The position numbers and the translations under genes are program-made. Under the pieces are notes generated by a model. It did not search any database and was not told the origin of the DNA. It was given only the letters and a program-made list of their open reading frames with translations. A stretch of 64,000 nucleotides of DNA from an uncultured Gammaproteobacteria bacterium (GTDB lineage Bacteria > Patescibacteriota > Microgenomatia > Levybacterales > UBA12049). This document shows, piece by piece, positions 21,776-30,734 of the stretch (position 1 is its first letter; each line of letters begins with the position of its first letter). The stretch lies in assembly GCA_964416505.1 (NCBI GenBank), contig CAYQEJ010000001.1, positions 77,774-141,773 on the forward strand. Reading direction: 5' to 3'.

Positions 21776-23410
21776 TTAGTATTGAAGACCGCCAGCAGGA
21801 GTTGATTGTGGGTCTAAATTACTATTCCCTATCCCTCTAATTCTAATTATTCTTTTCATCATCTGATCTACTATCACACTGTCGCGAGTCCATGCTTGAA
21901 GAGTACTAGATATTCTTAATGCAAATAAATCTCTTACCAGTGGATTCTGAAAACTTGTTCCGTGTCTTTCTAAAACAAAATCCATAATAGATGTATCCAT
22001 AAAACCTGCGAGTGTTTTAACGGCTTTAAATCTCCCATCAGGAAGAGTAGTAGTGCATTCTTTTTCATAGCTAACTAACATACTATAAAAAAGACGATCG
22101 TATTCTATATTTATACCTGGAGCTGATTTATTAATAAGATTATCCATCCATTCTAAAATCGGCGCGTTGAAATATTCGTGATCAATTAACATTTTAAGCT
22201 CTCCAATAAGACCCGCTGAATGCTTCGGGTCTATCTTTTCAGGATCGATTCCTCCAAGATAATTTGTTATTAATGTATGTATATATTTTTGATTTAACAG
22301 ATCTGCCTGTACACGATCTATTCCTAATACTTCATAAAACCCTCTTAATTTCAAAACCGAAGAACCCTTAATTAACTGATCTATATCATGGTAATAATCC
22401 ATTGGAGCAACCTCATCCTCCATTCCTAAAGCTTCACCAGATACACTATCTAAATCATAGATGCTTCCTACCGTAGAAATGTTACCTTGATGCGGAAATC
22501 CATGAGTTATCCCATTCATATGCATCCTCGCAAAATATCTACCCACCTTAGTGGGTACATATGTTCCTAAAAAACGAAATATATCATCCATCTTTTCAAT
22601 ATCAAAATAATCGGCTTCATATTCCGGATTCTCTTCACTTTTTAGTCTTTCATAAAAGTTTGCGTAACCAAACGCCCTGCCAATTACTTGAAGAAGTGCC
22701 TCTCTTGTTGGCTGCTCTCCTAAATCCCACATTCTCTCAGGAACCTGCATAGCTCTAACACTAAACCTATACTCTGAAGCCTTTGCAAATCCCCTTATCC
22801 TCGCAAGCTCTTCCCTACCTGCTGAATCTAATAAAAAAGGCATGTATCTTGCTAGAAAAATTCTTTTTAAATCTTTTGCGTTCCGAGTCATTGTATACTT
22901 AACTACACTATCTTTAAAATTTGGGATACTTCTTAATTTTCCCAAGTGTGGAAGTTCTAGGGGTTCGATAATTCTAGTCGTTGCTTCAGCTTCAATTCCC
23001 AGCTCTCTGAGAACTTCAGAAGCTCTTACAGTTCTTTCAAGTAAGACTGCATCCTGAAGTCCATGAGTGTCAAAATTTAAAGGCATCGCACGATTCTCAT
23101 AAATATAAGGATCACCGAGAGTATTCCCTTTCACACTGAATGCTGTAAAAAGTGTGCCATATTGATCACCCCATGCTCCTATTTCCTCCATTCCTCTTAC
23201 AACTAACTCGTAGGACCTACCATGCCTATTAGAAAGCTTATAAAGCTCCACTGGGCTTTCTTCTTTGATACTCCCGGAAATTCCTACGACATGAAGCTGA
23301 TGATCATCAAAAACAAAATCAGGAACTTCTCCTGAAGCAATTGGCACATTGACGGTTTTTGCTTTTACCGCCAAAACACTCACTCTTTCACCGTATCTGG
23401 GTCTTTCCAT
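21776..23410 (-). CDS. Hypothetical protein (~544 aa) with a degenerate protein-kinase-like/APH-like catalytic-loop motif; compositionally atypical
   Basis: Long ORF antisense to the flanking plus-strand genes. Rich in R/G/A/E, unlike the K/I/N-rich proteome here. Motif HGFPHQGN...YDLDS resembles the APH/choline-kinase catalytic loop HGDxHxGN...DxE but lacks the Asp. Likely start is the ATG at 23410; the ORF track uses TTG at 23422. Confidence 0.5.
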   Translation of the reverse strand: MERPRYGERVSVLAVKAKTVNVPIASGEVPDFVFDDHQLHVVGISGSIKEESPVELYKLSNRHGRSYELVVRGMEEIGAWGDQYGTLFTAFSVKGNTLGDPYIYENRAMPLNFDTHGLQDAVLLERTVRASEVLRELGIEAEATTRIIEPLELPHLGKLRSIPNFKDSVVKYTMTRNAKDLKRIFLARYMPFLLDSAGREELARIRGFAKASEYRFSVRAMQVPERMWDLGEQPTREALLQVIGRAFGYANFYERLKSEENPEYEADYFDIEKMDDIFRFLGTYVPTKVGRYFARMHMNGITHGFPHQGNISTVGSIYDLDSVSGEALGMEDEVAPMDYYHDIDQLIKGSSVLKLRGFYEVLGIDRVQADLLNQKYIHTLITNYLGGIDPEKIDPKHSAGLIGELKMLIDHEYFNAPILEWMDNLINKSAPGINIEYDRLFYSMLVSYEKECTTTLPDGRFKAVKTLAGFMDTSIMDFVLERHGTSFQNPLVRDLFALRISSTLQAWTRDSVIVDQMMKRIIRIRGIGNSNLDPQSTPAGGLQY

Positions 23411-23425
23411 AAATATAATCAAAGA

Positions 23426-23454
23426 ATTATACTATAAGATATAATCTGAAGCAA
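23426..23454 (-). promoter_or_regulatory. Sigma70-like promoter TTGCTT-N17-TATAAT for the 548-aa ORF (minus strand)
   Basis: On the minus strand: TTGCTT (plus 23449-23454), 17-nt spacer, perfect TATAAT (plus 23426-23431), about 15 nt upstream of the ATG. Predicts a near-leaderless transcript. Confidence 0.45.
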
Positions 23455-23465
23455 TTATTTCTCAG

Positions 23466-23516
23466 CCTATAACATTAGCTTCGCAAGGCCTGGCCTTGCG
23501 AAGCTAGGACTATAAG
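23466..23516. repeat. Palindromic repeat copy R4 (CCTATAACATTAGCTTCGCAAGGCCTGGCCTTGCGAAGCTAGGACTATAAG), intergenic
   Basis: Longest copy. Inverted arms TAGCTTCGCAAGGCC / GGCCTTGCGAAGCTA extend to outer TATAAC/…TATAAG ends. Lies upstream of the 548-aa minus-strand ORF, so R3 and R4 bracket that gene. Confidence 0.8.
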
Positions 23517-23582
23517 ACAATTTATTTCTAAACAGAGATATATAAGAAATGTAAGAAAACGCAATTTATATGCTTGAATTGC

Positions 23583-23611
23583 TTGAAATGTAAAAATTAC
23601 GTAAGTATACT
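23583..23611 (+). promoter_or_regulatory. Sigma70-like promoter TTGAAA-N17-TATACT upstream of the GDE-like hydrolase gene
   Basis: TTGAAA 23583-23588, 17-nt spacer, TATACT 23606-23611, about 50 nt upstream of the ATG at 23661. Confidence 0.4.
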
Positions 23612-23660
23612 ATAGGAACTCCGTTAAATTCTCTACTACAAAGCGGATCAAGGATACAAG

Positions 23661-24971
23661 ATGACATTACCAGACTTAAGAGACATAGCCTACAAATCAC
23701 TTTTGGAACTTGCAACTGACGAAGGAATTTACGCTTCCTCCAAAGAAGGAGCATTTGGATGCATTTTTGGAAGAGATTCAGCTATAACTTGCCTTAAAAT
23801 TTTAAGAGTACTCGAAACGTATAAAGGAAAAGATCAGATTGATACTTTAAGATTAAAAGCAATTGTAAGAAACTCCTTAATAAAAATAACAGCACTTCAA
23901 GGAAAAGAAGAAAACAGGGAAAGCGGAGAACAACCTGGTAAATTCATACACGAATTTAGAAAAGATAAGTACGAAAGATTAGTAAACAGACCAAAACCTT
24001 GGTACGTATATCCAGATAAGATTCTTAGAAATTACGATTCAATTGATTCTACGCCTTTGGGATTAATCGCAATTTATAACTACTGGAAAATTACAGGTGA
24101 CAAAGAATTTCTTTTGACTACCCTTCCAGCAGTCGAAAAAGGTCTTATCTGGATAAAAAATTATGGAGACATGGATGGAGACCATCTTTTAGAATATGAA
24201 CTGTCTGAAAAAAGAATTCATGGAGGATTAAGAGTTCAATCCTGGACAGATTCAGCAGAATCCCTACTATCTCCCGAAGGAATGTTTCCCCTTTACCCCA
24301 TAGCACCTGTAGAAGTACAAGGATATGCCTGGCTTGCTCTAAAACTGTGGGGAGAATTCTTCACAGAAAATCCACTCGTAGGAGATCAAACCAAATTTGC
24401 CAAAGAACTCTTAGACTTTTCAAAAAAAATAAAAAAGGCTTTTAATGAAAAATTTATTTTTCATGATGGAAATGATTTTATACCTGCACAAGCATTGGAT
24501 GGGAATAAAAACCAAATAAAGACCTTAACCGGAAATCCCTTACTTCTACTTTGGGCTACATTTCAAAATAATGGCACCAAAGAAACAATTTTAAATGATA
24601 AGTTAATACCCTATCTTGTAAAAAGGTCTTTTGAAGACGATATGTTTGATTCTGAGGGAGGAATCAGAACTATGAGCACCAGATCCATTACTTTCAATCC
24701 AAAAGTTGATTCTTATCACAATGGCAGCTTCTGGCCCAAACTGAACGGAATGGCACATGAAGGACTAGAGAAATGGGGATTTATCAAGGAAGCAGATATG
24801 CTTAGAAATGCATCAATAAAACCCATTATTTATTTTGGGTCTCCAGTAGAACTCTATATTAAAGACCAAACAGGGAAATTTATACTTTATAAGAATGCTA
24901 GAGGTCAGGAAAGCTGTAGAGTTCAGGCATGGTCAGCAGCAGCGCTTCTAGACTTTTTAAAACACGAATAA
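23661..24971 (+). CDS. (alpha/alpha)6-barrel glycoside hydrolase, GDE_C / GH63-like (amylo-alpha-1,6-glucosidase or mannosyl/glucosyl-glycerate hydrolase-like)
   Basis: 436 aa with GAFGCIFGRDSA near the N-terminus and conserved W/D/E-rich segments (YNYWKITGD, SWTDSAES, HNGSFWP) typical of six-hairpin glycosidases related to glycogen-debranching enzyme C-domains. Confidence 0.55.
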   Translation: MTLPDLRDIAYKSLLELATDEGIYASSKEGAFGCIFGRDSAITCLKILRVLETYKGKDQIDTLRLKAIVRNSLIKITALQGKEENRESGEQPGKFIHEFRKDKYERLVNRPKPWYVYPDKILRNYDSIDSTPLGLIAIYNYWKITGDKEFLLTTLPAVEKGLIWIKNYGDMDGDHLLEYELSEKRIHGGLRVQSWTDSAESLLSPEGMFPLYPIAPVEVQGYAWLALKLWGEFFTENPLVGDQTKFAKELLDFSKKIKKAFNEKFIFHDGNDFIPAQALDGNKNQIKTLTGNPLLLLWATFQNNGTKETILNDKLIPYLVKRSFEDDMFDSEGGIRTMSTRSITFNPKVDSYHNGSFWPKLNGMAHEGLEKWGFIKEADMLRNASIKPIIYFGSPVELYIKDQTGKFILYKNARGQESCRVQAWSAAALLDFLKHE

Positions 24972-25043
24972 CCTCTTATTGTTTTCTTGCTTTTTTCTCA
25001 TTTTTTTATCATTTGCCAACCTTATATTTAATCGATAAGCAAT

Positions 25044-26213
25044 ATGAGAAAACTAAAAATAGCCCAAATAGCACCAATAATCGAAAGAGTGCCTCCTAAA
25101 AAATACGGCGGGACTGAAAGAGTGGTAAGTACCTTAACTGAAGAACTAGTTAAACGAGGACATGATGTTACTCTATTTGCTTCTGGAGACTCACTTACAA
25201 AAGCAAAACTCGAATCTGTTTTCCCCATTTCTATAAGAGAGGCAAATTTAAAACGTCAAGAAGCTCTTGAATGGAGCATGCTTCATATAGGAAGAGCTTA
25301 TGATATGCAGGACAAATTCGACATAATTCACGACCACAATAGCGCCCTGGGTATGCCACTTGCCAATATCTCCACTACCCCAACAGTAGTTACTCTTCAT
25401 GGAGCCGTCAGAGAATCAACGATTAGAATGTTAAAACAGTACAGAAATCCTAACTTTGTATCCATATCGAAGGACCAGGTAAAATTTGCTGATATAGCAA
25501 AGCATACAGTAATTCCAAACGGATTAGAATTAAATGACTACGAATATTCAGGAACTAATAAAGGCTATCTTCTCTATGTTGGAAGAATATCTGAAATAAA
25601 AGGCACACACATTGCAATAAATGTAGCCCAAAGATTAGATCTGCCTTTAATTATCGCTGCAAAACTTGATGAAGCAGATAAACCTTATTTTAATAAATAT
25701 ATTAAATCAAAATTAAATAACTCAAAAATAAAATGGATTGGAGAAGTCGATAATCTTACCCGTAACAAACTCATGAGTGAAGCGATTTGTTTAGTGAATC
25801 CCATCACATGGAGAGAACCTTTTGGGCTTACTATGATTGAAGCAATGGCTTGCGGCTGTCCTGTAGTAGCTTTTAACAAAGGAGCAGTTCCTGAAGTAAT
25901 GCTAGAGGGTAAAACAGGGTTTATAGTTGAAACTATTGAAGAAATGGTAGATGCGATAAAAAAAATTGAATCCATAAAAAGAATTGAGTGTAGAAATTTC
26001 GCTCTTAAAACATTTAACGAAAAGGTTATGGTAGATAGATACGAAGAATTATATAAAAATATTGCTACAGAAAATACATTTCAAGATTACAGCAGTCTAC
26101 TTGTTTCACCTTCATTCCAAGAAATATTTCGCCCCAGAATCTGGGAATTTCAAGATTTTGAATTTAATTTCGAAACAGAGTCAAACTTAATCGCCTCAAA
26201 AGAAAAAAATTAG
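25044..26213 (+). CDS. Glycosyltransferase family 4 (GT-B fold) protein
   Basis: N-terminal KIAQIAPIIERVPPKKYGGTERVV (GT4 N-domain) and C-terminal EPFGLTMIEAMACGCPVVAF (E-x7-E region). Stop codon supplied by repeat R5. Confidence 0.8.
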   Translation: MRKLKIAQIAPIIERVPPKKYGGTERVVSTLTEELVKRGHDVTLFASGDSLTKAKLESVFPISIREANLKRQEALEWSMLHIGRAYDMQDKFDIIHDHNSALGMPLANISTTPTVVTLHGAVRESTIRMLKQYRNPNFVSISKDQVKFADIAKHTVIPNGLELNDYEYSGTNKGYLLYVGRISEIKGTHIAINVAQRLDLPLIIAAKLDEADKPYFNKYIKSKLNNSKIKWIGEVDNLTRNKLMSEAICLVNPITWREPFGLTMIEAMACGCPVVAFNKGAVPEVMLEGKTGFIVETIEEMVDAIKKIESIKRIECRNFALKTFNEKVMVDRYEELYKNIATENTFQDYSSLLVSPSFQEIFRPRIWEFQDFEFNFETESNLIASKEKN

Positions 26214-26238
26214 CCTCGCAAGGCCAGGCCTTATGAGC
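26210..26238. repeat. Palindromic repeat copy R5 (TTAGCCTCGCAAGGCCAGGCCTTATGAGCG), overlapping the stop codon of the GT4 gene
   Basis: The TAG of the TTAGCCTC arm (26211-26213) is the stop codon of CDS 25044-26213. The right arm is degenerate. Confidence 0.7.
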
Positions 26239-26280
26239 GTAAATAACTATGAAGTCGGGTCTATTAAACTCTCCTCTAAT

Positions 26281-26309
26281 TTGCCTGCTTTCTTTCTATC
26301 TTGTAAAAT
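26281..26309 (+). promoter_or_regulatory. Sigma70-like promoter TTGCCT-N17-TAAAAT for tRNA-Thr
   Basis: TTGCCT 26281-26286, 17-nt spacer, TAAAAT 26304-26309, 15 nt upstream of the tRNA 5' end. Same architecture as the tRNA-Asp promoter. Confidence 0.4.
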
Positions 26310-26324
26310 ATATCCAATAAATTT

Positions 26325-26399
26325 GCCGAAGTAACTCAGGGGTAGAGTAGCTCTTTCGTAAAGAGCAAGTCGTGAGTCCGAATCTCACCTTCGGCTCCA
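26325..26399 (+). tRNA. tRNA-Thr (anticodon CGT), CCA encoded
   Basis: Acceptor GCCGAAG/CTTCGGC, D-arm CTCA-GGGGTAG-AGTAG, anticodon stem GCTCT/AGAGC with loop TTCGTAA (CGT), T-arm CGTGA-GTCCGAA-TCTCAC, discriminator T plus CCA. Confidence 0.9.
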
Positions 26400-26404
26400 A
26401 ACAT

Positions 26405-27217
26405 ATGAAATTGAAACACCAAAAAAATAAAAGTGATAATATAGAAAATACTAGCACTCCAGGGGTCACTAAAACGCCTCAGGAAGAAATAAATGTAACA
26501 GAAGCTATGCCAAGACGTTCCCGTTTATCAAAATCGAGTTTTCGCAAATCCAGGAACACTATGATTCTTAGCATATTGGGAATTATTGCAATTCTTTTCC
26601 TGTTGCTGCGATACGGTATTCCCTTAATAAGTGACGCCAGTTTTATAGTGGGACGAGTAACTAGCTCTCCTGACAAAAAAACTATTACAGAAAACGATAA
26701 GTTCCTAGCTAATCCCGACATAGACTTGCCAGAAAAAGCTACAAAAGAAGACCATATAACTATCTCTGGTACTTCTTTAGGAGGAGACAAAGTTAAAATT
26801 TATGTTAACGGAAGCTTTGACAGCGAGGCAGATATCAATGAAGACAGATCATTTGAAGTAAGAATCAAGTTATCCGAAGGTGAAAATATCATTAAAGCAA
26901 AAGCAATTAAAGATAACGGAGAAAGTGAATTTTCAGATTCAGTTATTGTGTCATATATAAAAAAAGGGCCTGAACTTTCCATAGATTCACCAACGGATGG
27001 ATCAGAAATCAAAAATACTAATCCTATTGAAATAAAAGGAAAATCTGATCCAGATACCACAATTACAGTAAATGATTTTCAAGCGGTATCGTCTAGCGAC
27101 GGAGCATACACTTATCTCTTAACACTAAGGGATGGAGGAAACGATATAAAAGTAATTGCTGTTGATTTAGCGGGAAATAAAACTGAGAAATCTATTCACG
27201 TGAACTATTCTCACTAA
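26405..27217 (+). CDS. Membrane-anchored protein with two bacterial Ig-like (Big) repeats
   Basis: Basic N-terminus, one TM (ILSILGIIAILFLLL), then two ~80-aa repeats (…ITISGTSLGGDKVKIYVNG… and …IEIKGKSDPDTTITVNDFQ…) with beta-sandwich-like periodicity. Start is uncertain: ATG 26405 (5 nt after the tRNA) or ATG 26507. Confidence 0.5.
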   Translation: MKLKHQKNKSDNIENTSTPGVTKTPQEEINVTEAMPRRSRLSKSSFRKSRNTMILSILGIIAILFLLLRYGIPLISDASFIVGRVTSSPDKKTITENDKFLANPDIDLPEKATKEDHITISGTSLGGDKVKIYVNGSFDSEADINEDRSFEVRIKLSEGENIIKAKAIKDNGESEFSDSVIVSYIKKGPELSIDSPTDGSEIKNTNPIEIKGKSDPDTTITVNDFQAVSSSDGAYTYLLTLRDGGNDIKVIAVDLAGNKTEKSIHVNYSH

Positions 27218-28376
27218 TTCCTACAAGAACCCATAACCAAATCATAATAAAGCTGTAAAAAAGACTATTCAACAGCAAGCTGTTAAACATAATCCCCCCC
27301 AGCGAAACAACAAGGATTAACGAATAATAATTTTTTTCAACTACTTTTAAATTCATCTTTATGATTCTGTAAAGTAAGAATAAATATACCATTAACCCAG
27401 GAATCCCTGTCGTTGCAAGAAGAAATGCATAGCTATTATCAGAACCTGCCCCAGCACGGTTTGGATAAGGAGCCCAATCTTTTTGTATATATTTTTCTCT
27501 TGCATAACGGTAATTATTAAATCCAACCCCGAGGATAGGATTTTTACTAAAAATTACTACCGCTTCTTTTGCGCTCAAAATTCTCTGCTCTAGAGAAGGT
27601 GTTCTTAGAAGATTCATATTTTCGATATAAAATCTCGGAGATAAAATTATAAAAACAAAGATTAATAGAAAAGATAAAATTAAGATAAGCTTATATTTTT
27701 TTTCTAATATTGCATATAAAACAGTTGCAGATCCTAACATTAAAAGCGCACTTCTAGAGAAAGTAAGAATGATACTTAAAAAGGTTAAGAAAATAATAGT
27801 GTTTAATAAATACTTAAATCTTTTAGAAAATTTATTTTTCTCTTTATATATAAAAACAAATATTAAAAAAGTAACTAAGAATGTTCCTGCGAAATTTGGA
27901 TCAAAAAAAGATGAGAAAAGTCTATACATATGCTCATCCCATCCTTGATAATATAAATTCTTAAGACTTGGATAAAAAATATACTGTAAATATCCGATGA
28001 CCAAAAATATTGTCCCAGTTAGTGTTAGGAGAATATTAATTTTATATTTTTTTAAATTAATATCTCTAAAAACAAAATAGAGCATTGCATACAAAATCCA
28101 CCTAACTAAATAAAGAGCTCCTATCAAAATATTAGAAGTGTTAAAGATTTTAATACTTAAAATTAACGAAACTATAGAAAGTATTAAAAAAATTACAATG
28201 GGCAATTTAAGTTTATATGAAGATTTTTTAACAAAAAGAAACCACGAAATAACAATTCCCAAAATTACTAAATCTACAAAGGCAACATTTATATGATTTG
28301 GTAAATCGAATTTAAGAAACTCTCCTAATGAAAGCGAAATAAAGAAAATCGGAATTAAAATTTTTAGTAATACCAT
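27192..28376 (-). CDS. O-antigen ligase/polymerase-like (Wzy_C) polytopic membrane protein
   Basis: About 10-12 TM helices with a large periplasmic loop near the C-terminal third (NYRYAREKYIQKDWAPYPNRAGAGSDNSY), the arrangement of Wzy/WaaL-family proteins. First gene of the glycan cluster. Confidence 0.45.
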   Translation of the reverse strand: MVLLKILIPIFFISLSLGEFLKFDLPNHINVAFVDLVILGIVISWFLFVKKSSYKLKLPIVIFLILSIVSLILSIKIFNTSNILIGALYLVRWILYAMLYFVFRDINLKKYKINILLTLTGTIFLVIGYLQYIFYPSLKNLYYQGWDEHMYRLFSSFFDPNFAGTFLVTFLIFVFIYKEKNKFSKRFKYLLNTIIFLTFLSIILTFSRSALLMLGSATVLYAILEKKYKLILILSFLLIFVFIILSPRFYIENMNLLRTPSLEQRILSAKEAVVIFSKNPILGVGFNNYRYAREKYIQKDWAPYPNRAGAGSDNSYAFLLATTGIPGLMVYLFLLYRIIKMNLKVVEKNYYSLILVVSLGGIMFNSLLLNSLFYSFIMIWLWVLVGISENSSRE

Positions 28377-29935
28377 ACTTGATCAAGAGTATAAACAGAA
28401 ACATTTGTTAACGTATTTTTGTAAATAAGTTTCCAATTTTTAAATCTTTCCGGCACTCCTCCACCCTGAACAGCTACAAAATTGAATTTATCACCTTTCT
28501 TAACATAACTATTATCTATAAACGGAAAGTTTACATAATATATATTATGAAATCCATATAAAAGAACCTTATCGTCTTCTTTTATATTTTCTTTAAACCA
28601 ATTATCTGTGTCATAGAAATCTCCAAAATTAAAGTTTAAATTTTTTGTCAAAAATTCATTCTTTGATTGTAGTCCTATAATTTTTGGTATATATCGAGCA
28701 TTCGCGGCTCCTCTATAAAATAATGTTATAAAAGCAATTAATAAAACAGTAGATATCAAAAAATTTTTAATTTTTTTTGGTTGATTAAAGATTAATATGG
28801 AAACAGCAACTGATAATACTGGTAAGTATGGCAAAATAAATCTCCCTCCCCCTGTTCTTGGAGTAAAATACCAAACCAATAGAGAAACAAAAACATAAAT
28901 TGGAATTAATTTCTTTTCTTTGTCAAATTTTTTCATATTTATTACCAGTAAAGGCAATACAATTATAAAAATTGGAGAAATTGGATCTGCAGAGAATAAA
29001 AATAAATTAATAAAATCAACGATAAATACTTTTAGGTTAAGTATTTGAATTGGGTTTCCTAAATCATATCCTCCAAAAACTGGATAGAAAGGATTTCCAG
29101 AATTTATATATGAAAAGAATAACCAGGGAAATACAGTTATAAGTGAAGAAGATAAAAAAATAAATGAACTTTTTATTTTTTCCTTTGATTTGTTTTCTAT
29201 AATTAAAAATAAAAATAAAAATATAGGTATTGATCCAAAGGCAATTAACTTCGTAGAAATTGCTAATCCAAGCAACACTCCTGATTCAACTATAAACTTT
29301 TTTTCTCTGTTTTTTAGATATTCTATAATTCCCCAGAATGCCATTACTTCATAAAATGTTCTAATTAAATCCACATATGCAACCGTTGATTCCCATGCAA
29401 CTACTAATGAACTATAAAAAATTATTGAAGCGATTATGGAACCTTTTTCATTTAAAAAATTTCTTGAAATTTTATAAACAGCCAAACTAGTCATTATTCC
29501 AAGGATAAGCTGGATAAGCTTAGGTATAATTTCACTTCCAAACATAAGACCAGGAATAAAAAGCATCTCCCCTAATTTTGGCATTAAGGAGTAATAAAAT
29601 AGTCCTCCTTGAATGTAGAAAATTTTTTGTTCCTGAATAAATATTTTTGGAATTGTTAGGTGATACCAAAGAGCATCAAAAGAAAGTTCAGGGCCTAATG
29701 CACCCACTAAATTAACTAAGGCCAGTGATAGAAAAAGCAACAAATACTTCTTTTCTTTAAATTTCTTAATATTAATTTTTGGAACATCATCTTTTTTATA
29801 CTGAAAATATGTAAAACCACCTATCAAAAAAAGGGTTGTCGAAATAAATACCCAATTCTTCTCTAAATTTCCAGATATCCCCAAAATAAAAATCAAATAG
29901 GAATAAATTCCTATCAAAAAAGCTAAAGCAAACAT
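28364..29935 (-). CDS. GT-C fold glycosyltransferase (GT39/GT83 ArnT/PMT-like) membrane protein
   Basis: 523-aa polytopic protein with an N-terminal ...ELSFDALWYH... DE/first-loop-like motif and many TM helices typical of polyprenyl-phosphate-sugar-dependent transferases. Confidence 0.5.
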   Translation of the reverse strand: MFALAFLIGIYSYLIFILGISGNLEKNWVFISTTLFLIGGFTYFQYKKDDVPKINIKKFKEKKYLLLFLSLALVNLVGALGPELSFDALWYHLTIPKIFIQEQKIFYIQGGLFYYSLMPKLGEMLFIPGLMFGSEIIPKLIQLILGIMTSLAVYKISRNFLNEKGSIIASIIFYSSLVVAWESTVAYVDLIRTFYEVMAFWGIIEYLKNREKKFIVESGVLLGLAISTKLIAFGSIPIFLFLFLIIENKSKEKIKSSFIFLSSSLITVFPWLFFSYINSGNPFYPVFGGYDLGNPIQILNLKVFIVDFINLFLFSADPISPIFIIVLPLLVINMKKFDKEKKLIPIYVFVSLLVWYFTPRTGGGRFILPYLPVLSVAVSILIFNQPKKIKNFLISTVLLIAFITLFYRGAANARYIPKIIGLQSKNEFLTKNLNFNFGDFYDTDNWFKENIKEDDKVLLYGFHNIYYVNFPFIDNSYVKKGDKFNFVAVQGGGVPERFKNWKLIYKNTLTNVSVYTLDQVWYY

Positions 29936-30023
29936 ATCCCCTTTCTACATAACAGATGACTTAGGTAAATAATAATCACAGATACACTCCAGAGCATGAA
30001 AATCCAGTAGGAAATATTCTTAT

Positions 30024-30734
30024 TCATTTTTTTGCGACAGCAATTAAAGAAATGCCAATTGGCATAGGAAATTTTTTTTCTATTTTTTTTACAACTGGAA
30101 CTACTAAATCAAAGGCTGCAACCTGCTTTTGAGTTAGCTGTATTTCTTGTCCTTTTAGATAATTCCTCACTACCCAAGTTACTAAGCCTAATGCATTAAA
30201 CAAAGAAATGTTTTCTAAGTGTAATCCTGTTTTTTCAATTTTTTTCGTAAGTTCTTCTTTTCCATATCTTCTAAAATGACCTAATTCTTTGTCCAAAGTA
30301 TTAAAAGCCCATTTGTTTGCCGGCACGAGAAGAACCAATTTCCCATCGTTCTTAAGAATTTTTTTTATGTTTCTTAAAGCTTTTTCATCTTCCTCAATAT
30401 GCTCTAATACATTTACACATATTACGCTATTAAATTTATTCAGTAATTTTTTTGGAGGATCTTTAGATATATCTAATCGATAAATTTGATTATCTTTAAA
30501 TTTTTTTTCCAAATGACTTACAAGTCCTTCATCTATATCAGTTAAAACTAGATTACCATCTTTTGCAAAATAAGATGAAATATTTCCTATCCCAGCCCCA
30601 ACCTCAATAGCGGGAAATTTTACATGCGGTTTTAAGTTCTCATATATCCATTCGTTATATCTATTTGCGCCTTTCAATACCTCCAAAGTTACAACACCTT
30701 TGTAATCTGAATTTATAACTATTTTTTTTGCCAT
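30024..30734 (-). CDS. Class I SAM-dependent methyltransferase
   Basis: Motif I AIEVGAGIGNISSYFA and motif post-I LVLTDIDEGL; about 236 aa. ATG at 30734 chosen (the ORF track uses an upstream TTG). Confidence 0.75.
   Translation of the reverse strand: MAKKIVINSDYKGVVTLEVLKGANRYNEWIYENLKPHVKFPAIEVGAGIGNISSYFAKDGNLVLTDIDEGLVSHLEKKFKDNQIYRLDISKDPPKKLLNKFNSVICVNVLEHIEEDEKALRNIKKILKNDGKLVLLVPANKWAFNTLDKELGHFRRYGKEELTKKIEKTGLHLENISLFNALGLVTWVVRNYLKGQEIQLTQKQVAAFDLVVPVVKKIEKKFPMPIGISLIAVAKK

Noticed and set aside
21776-23410. Calling the 548-aa ORF a bona fide protein kinase or aminoglycoside phosphotransferase
   Set aside because: Only a short HGxxHxGN…DxD-like stretch is recognisable. The catalytic Asp of the HGD motif is absent, and no glycine-rich loop or VAIK-like lysine could be placed confidently. 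It is left as hypothetical, with the fold suggestion as a hypothesis only.
26372-26404. N-terminal extension of the Ig-like protein ORF into tRNA-Thr
   Set aside because: It overlaps the tRNA 3' half. The first ATG after the tRNA (26405) or the ATG at 26507 is the plausible start.
25685-27060. Minus-strand ORFs (96, 103 and 86 aa) antisense to the GT4 and Ig-like protein genes
   Set aside because: Shadow ORFs. AT-rich genomes generate many stop-free antisense stretches.
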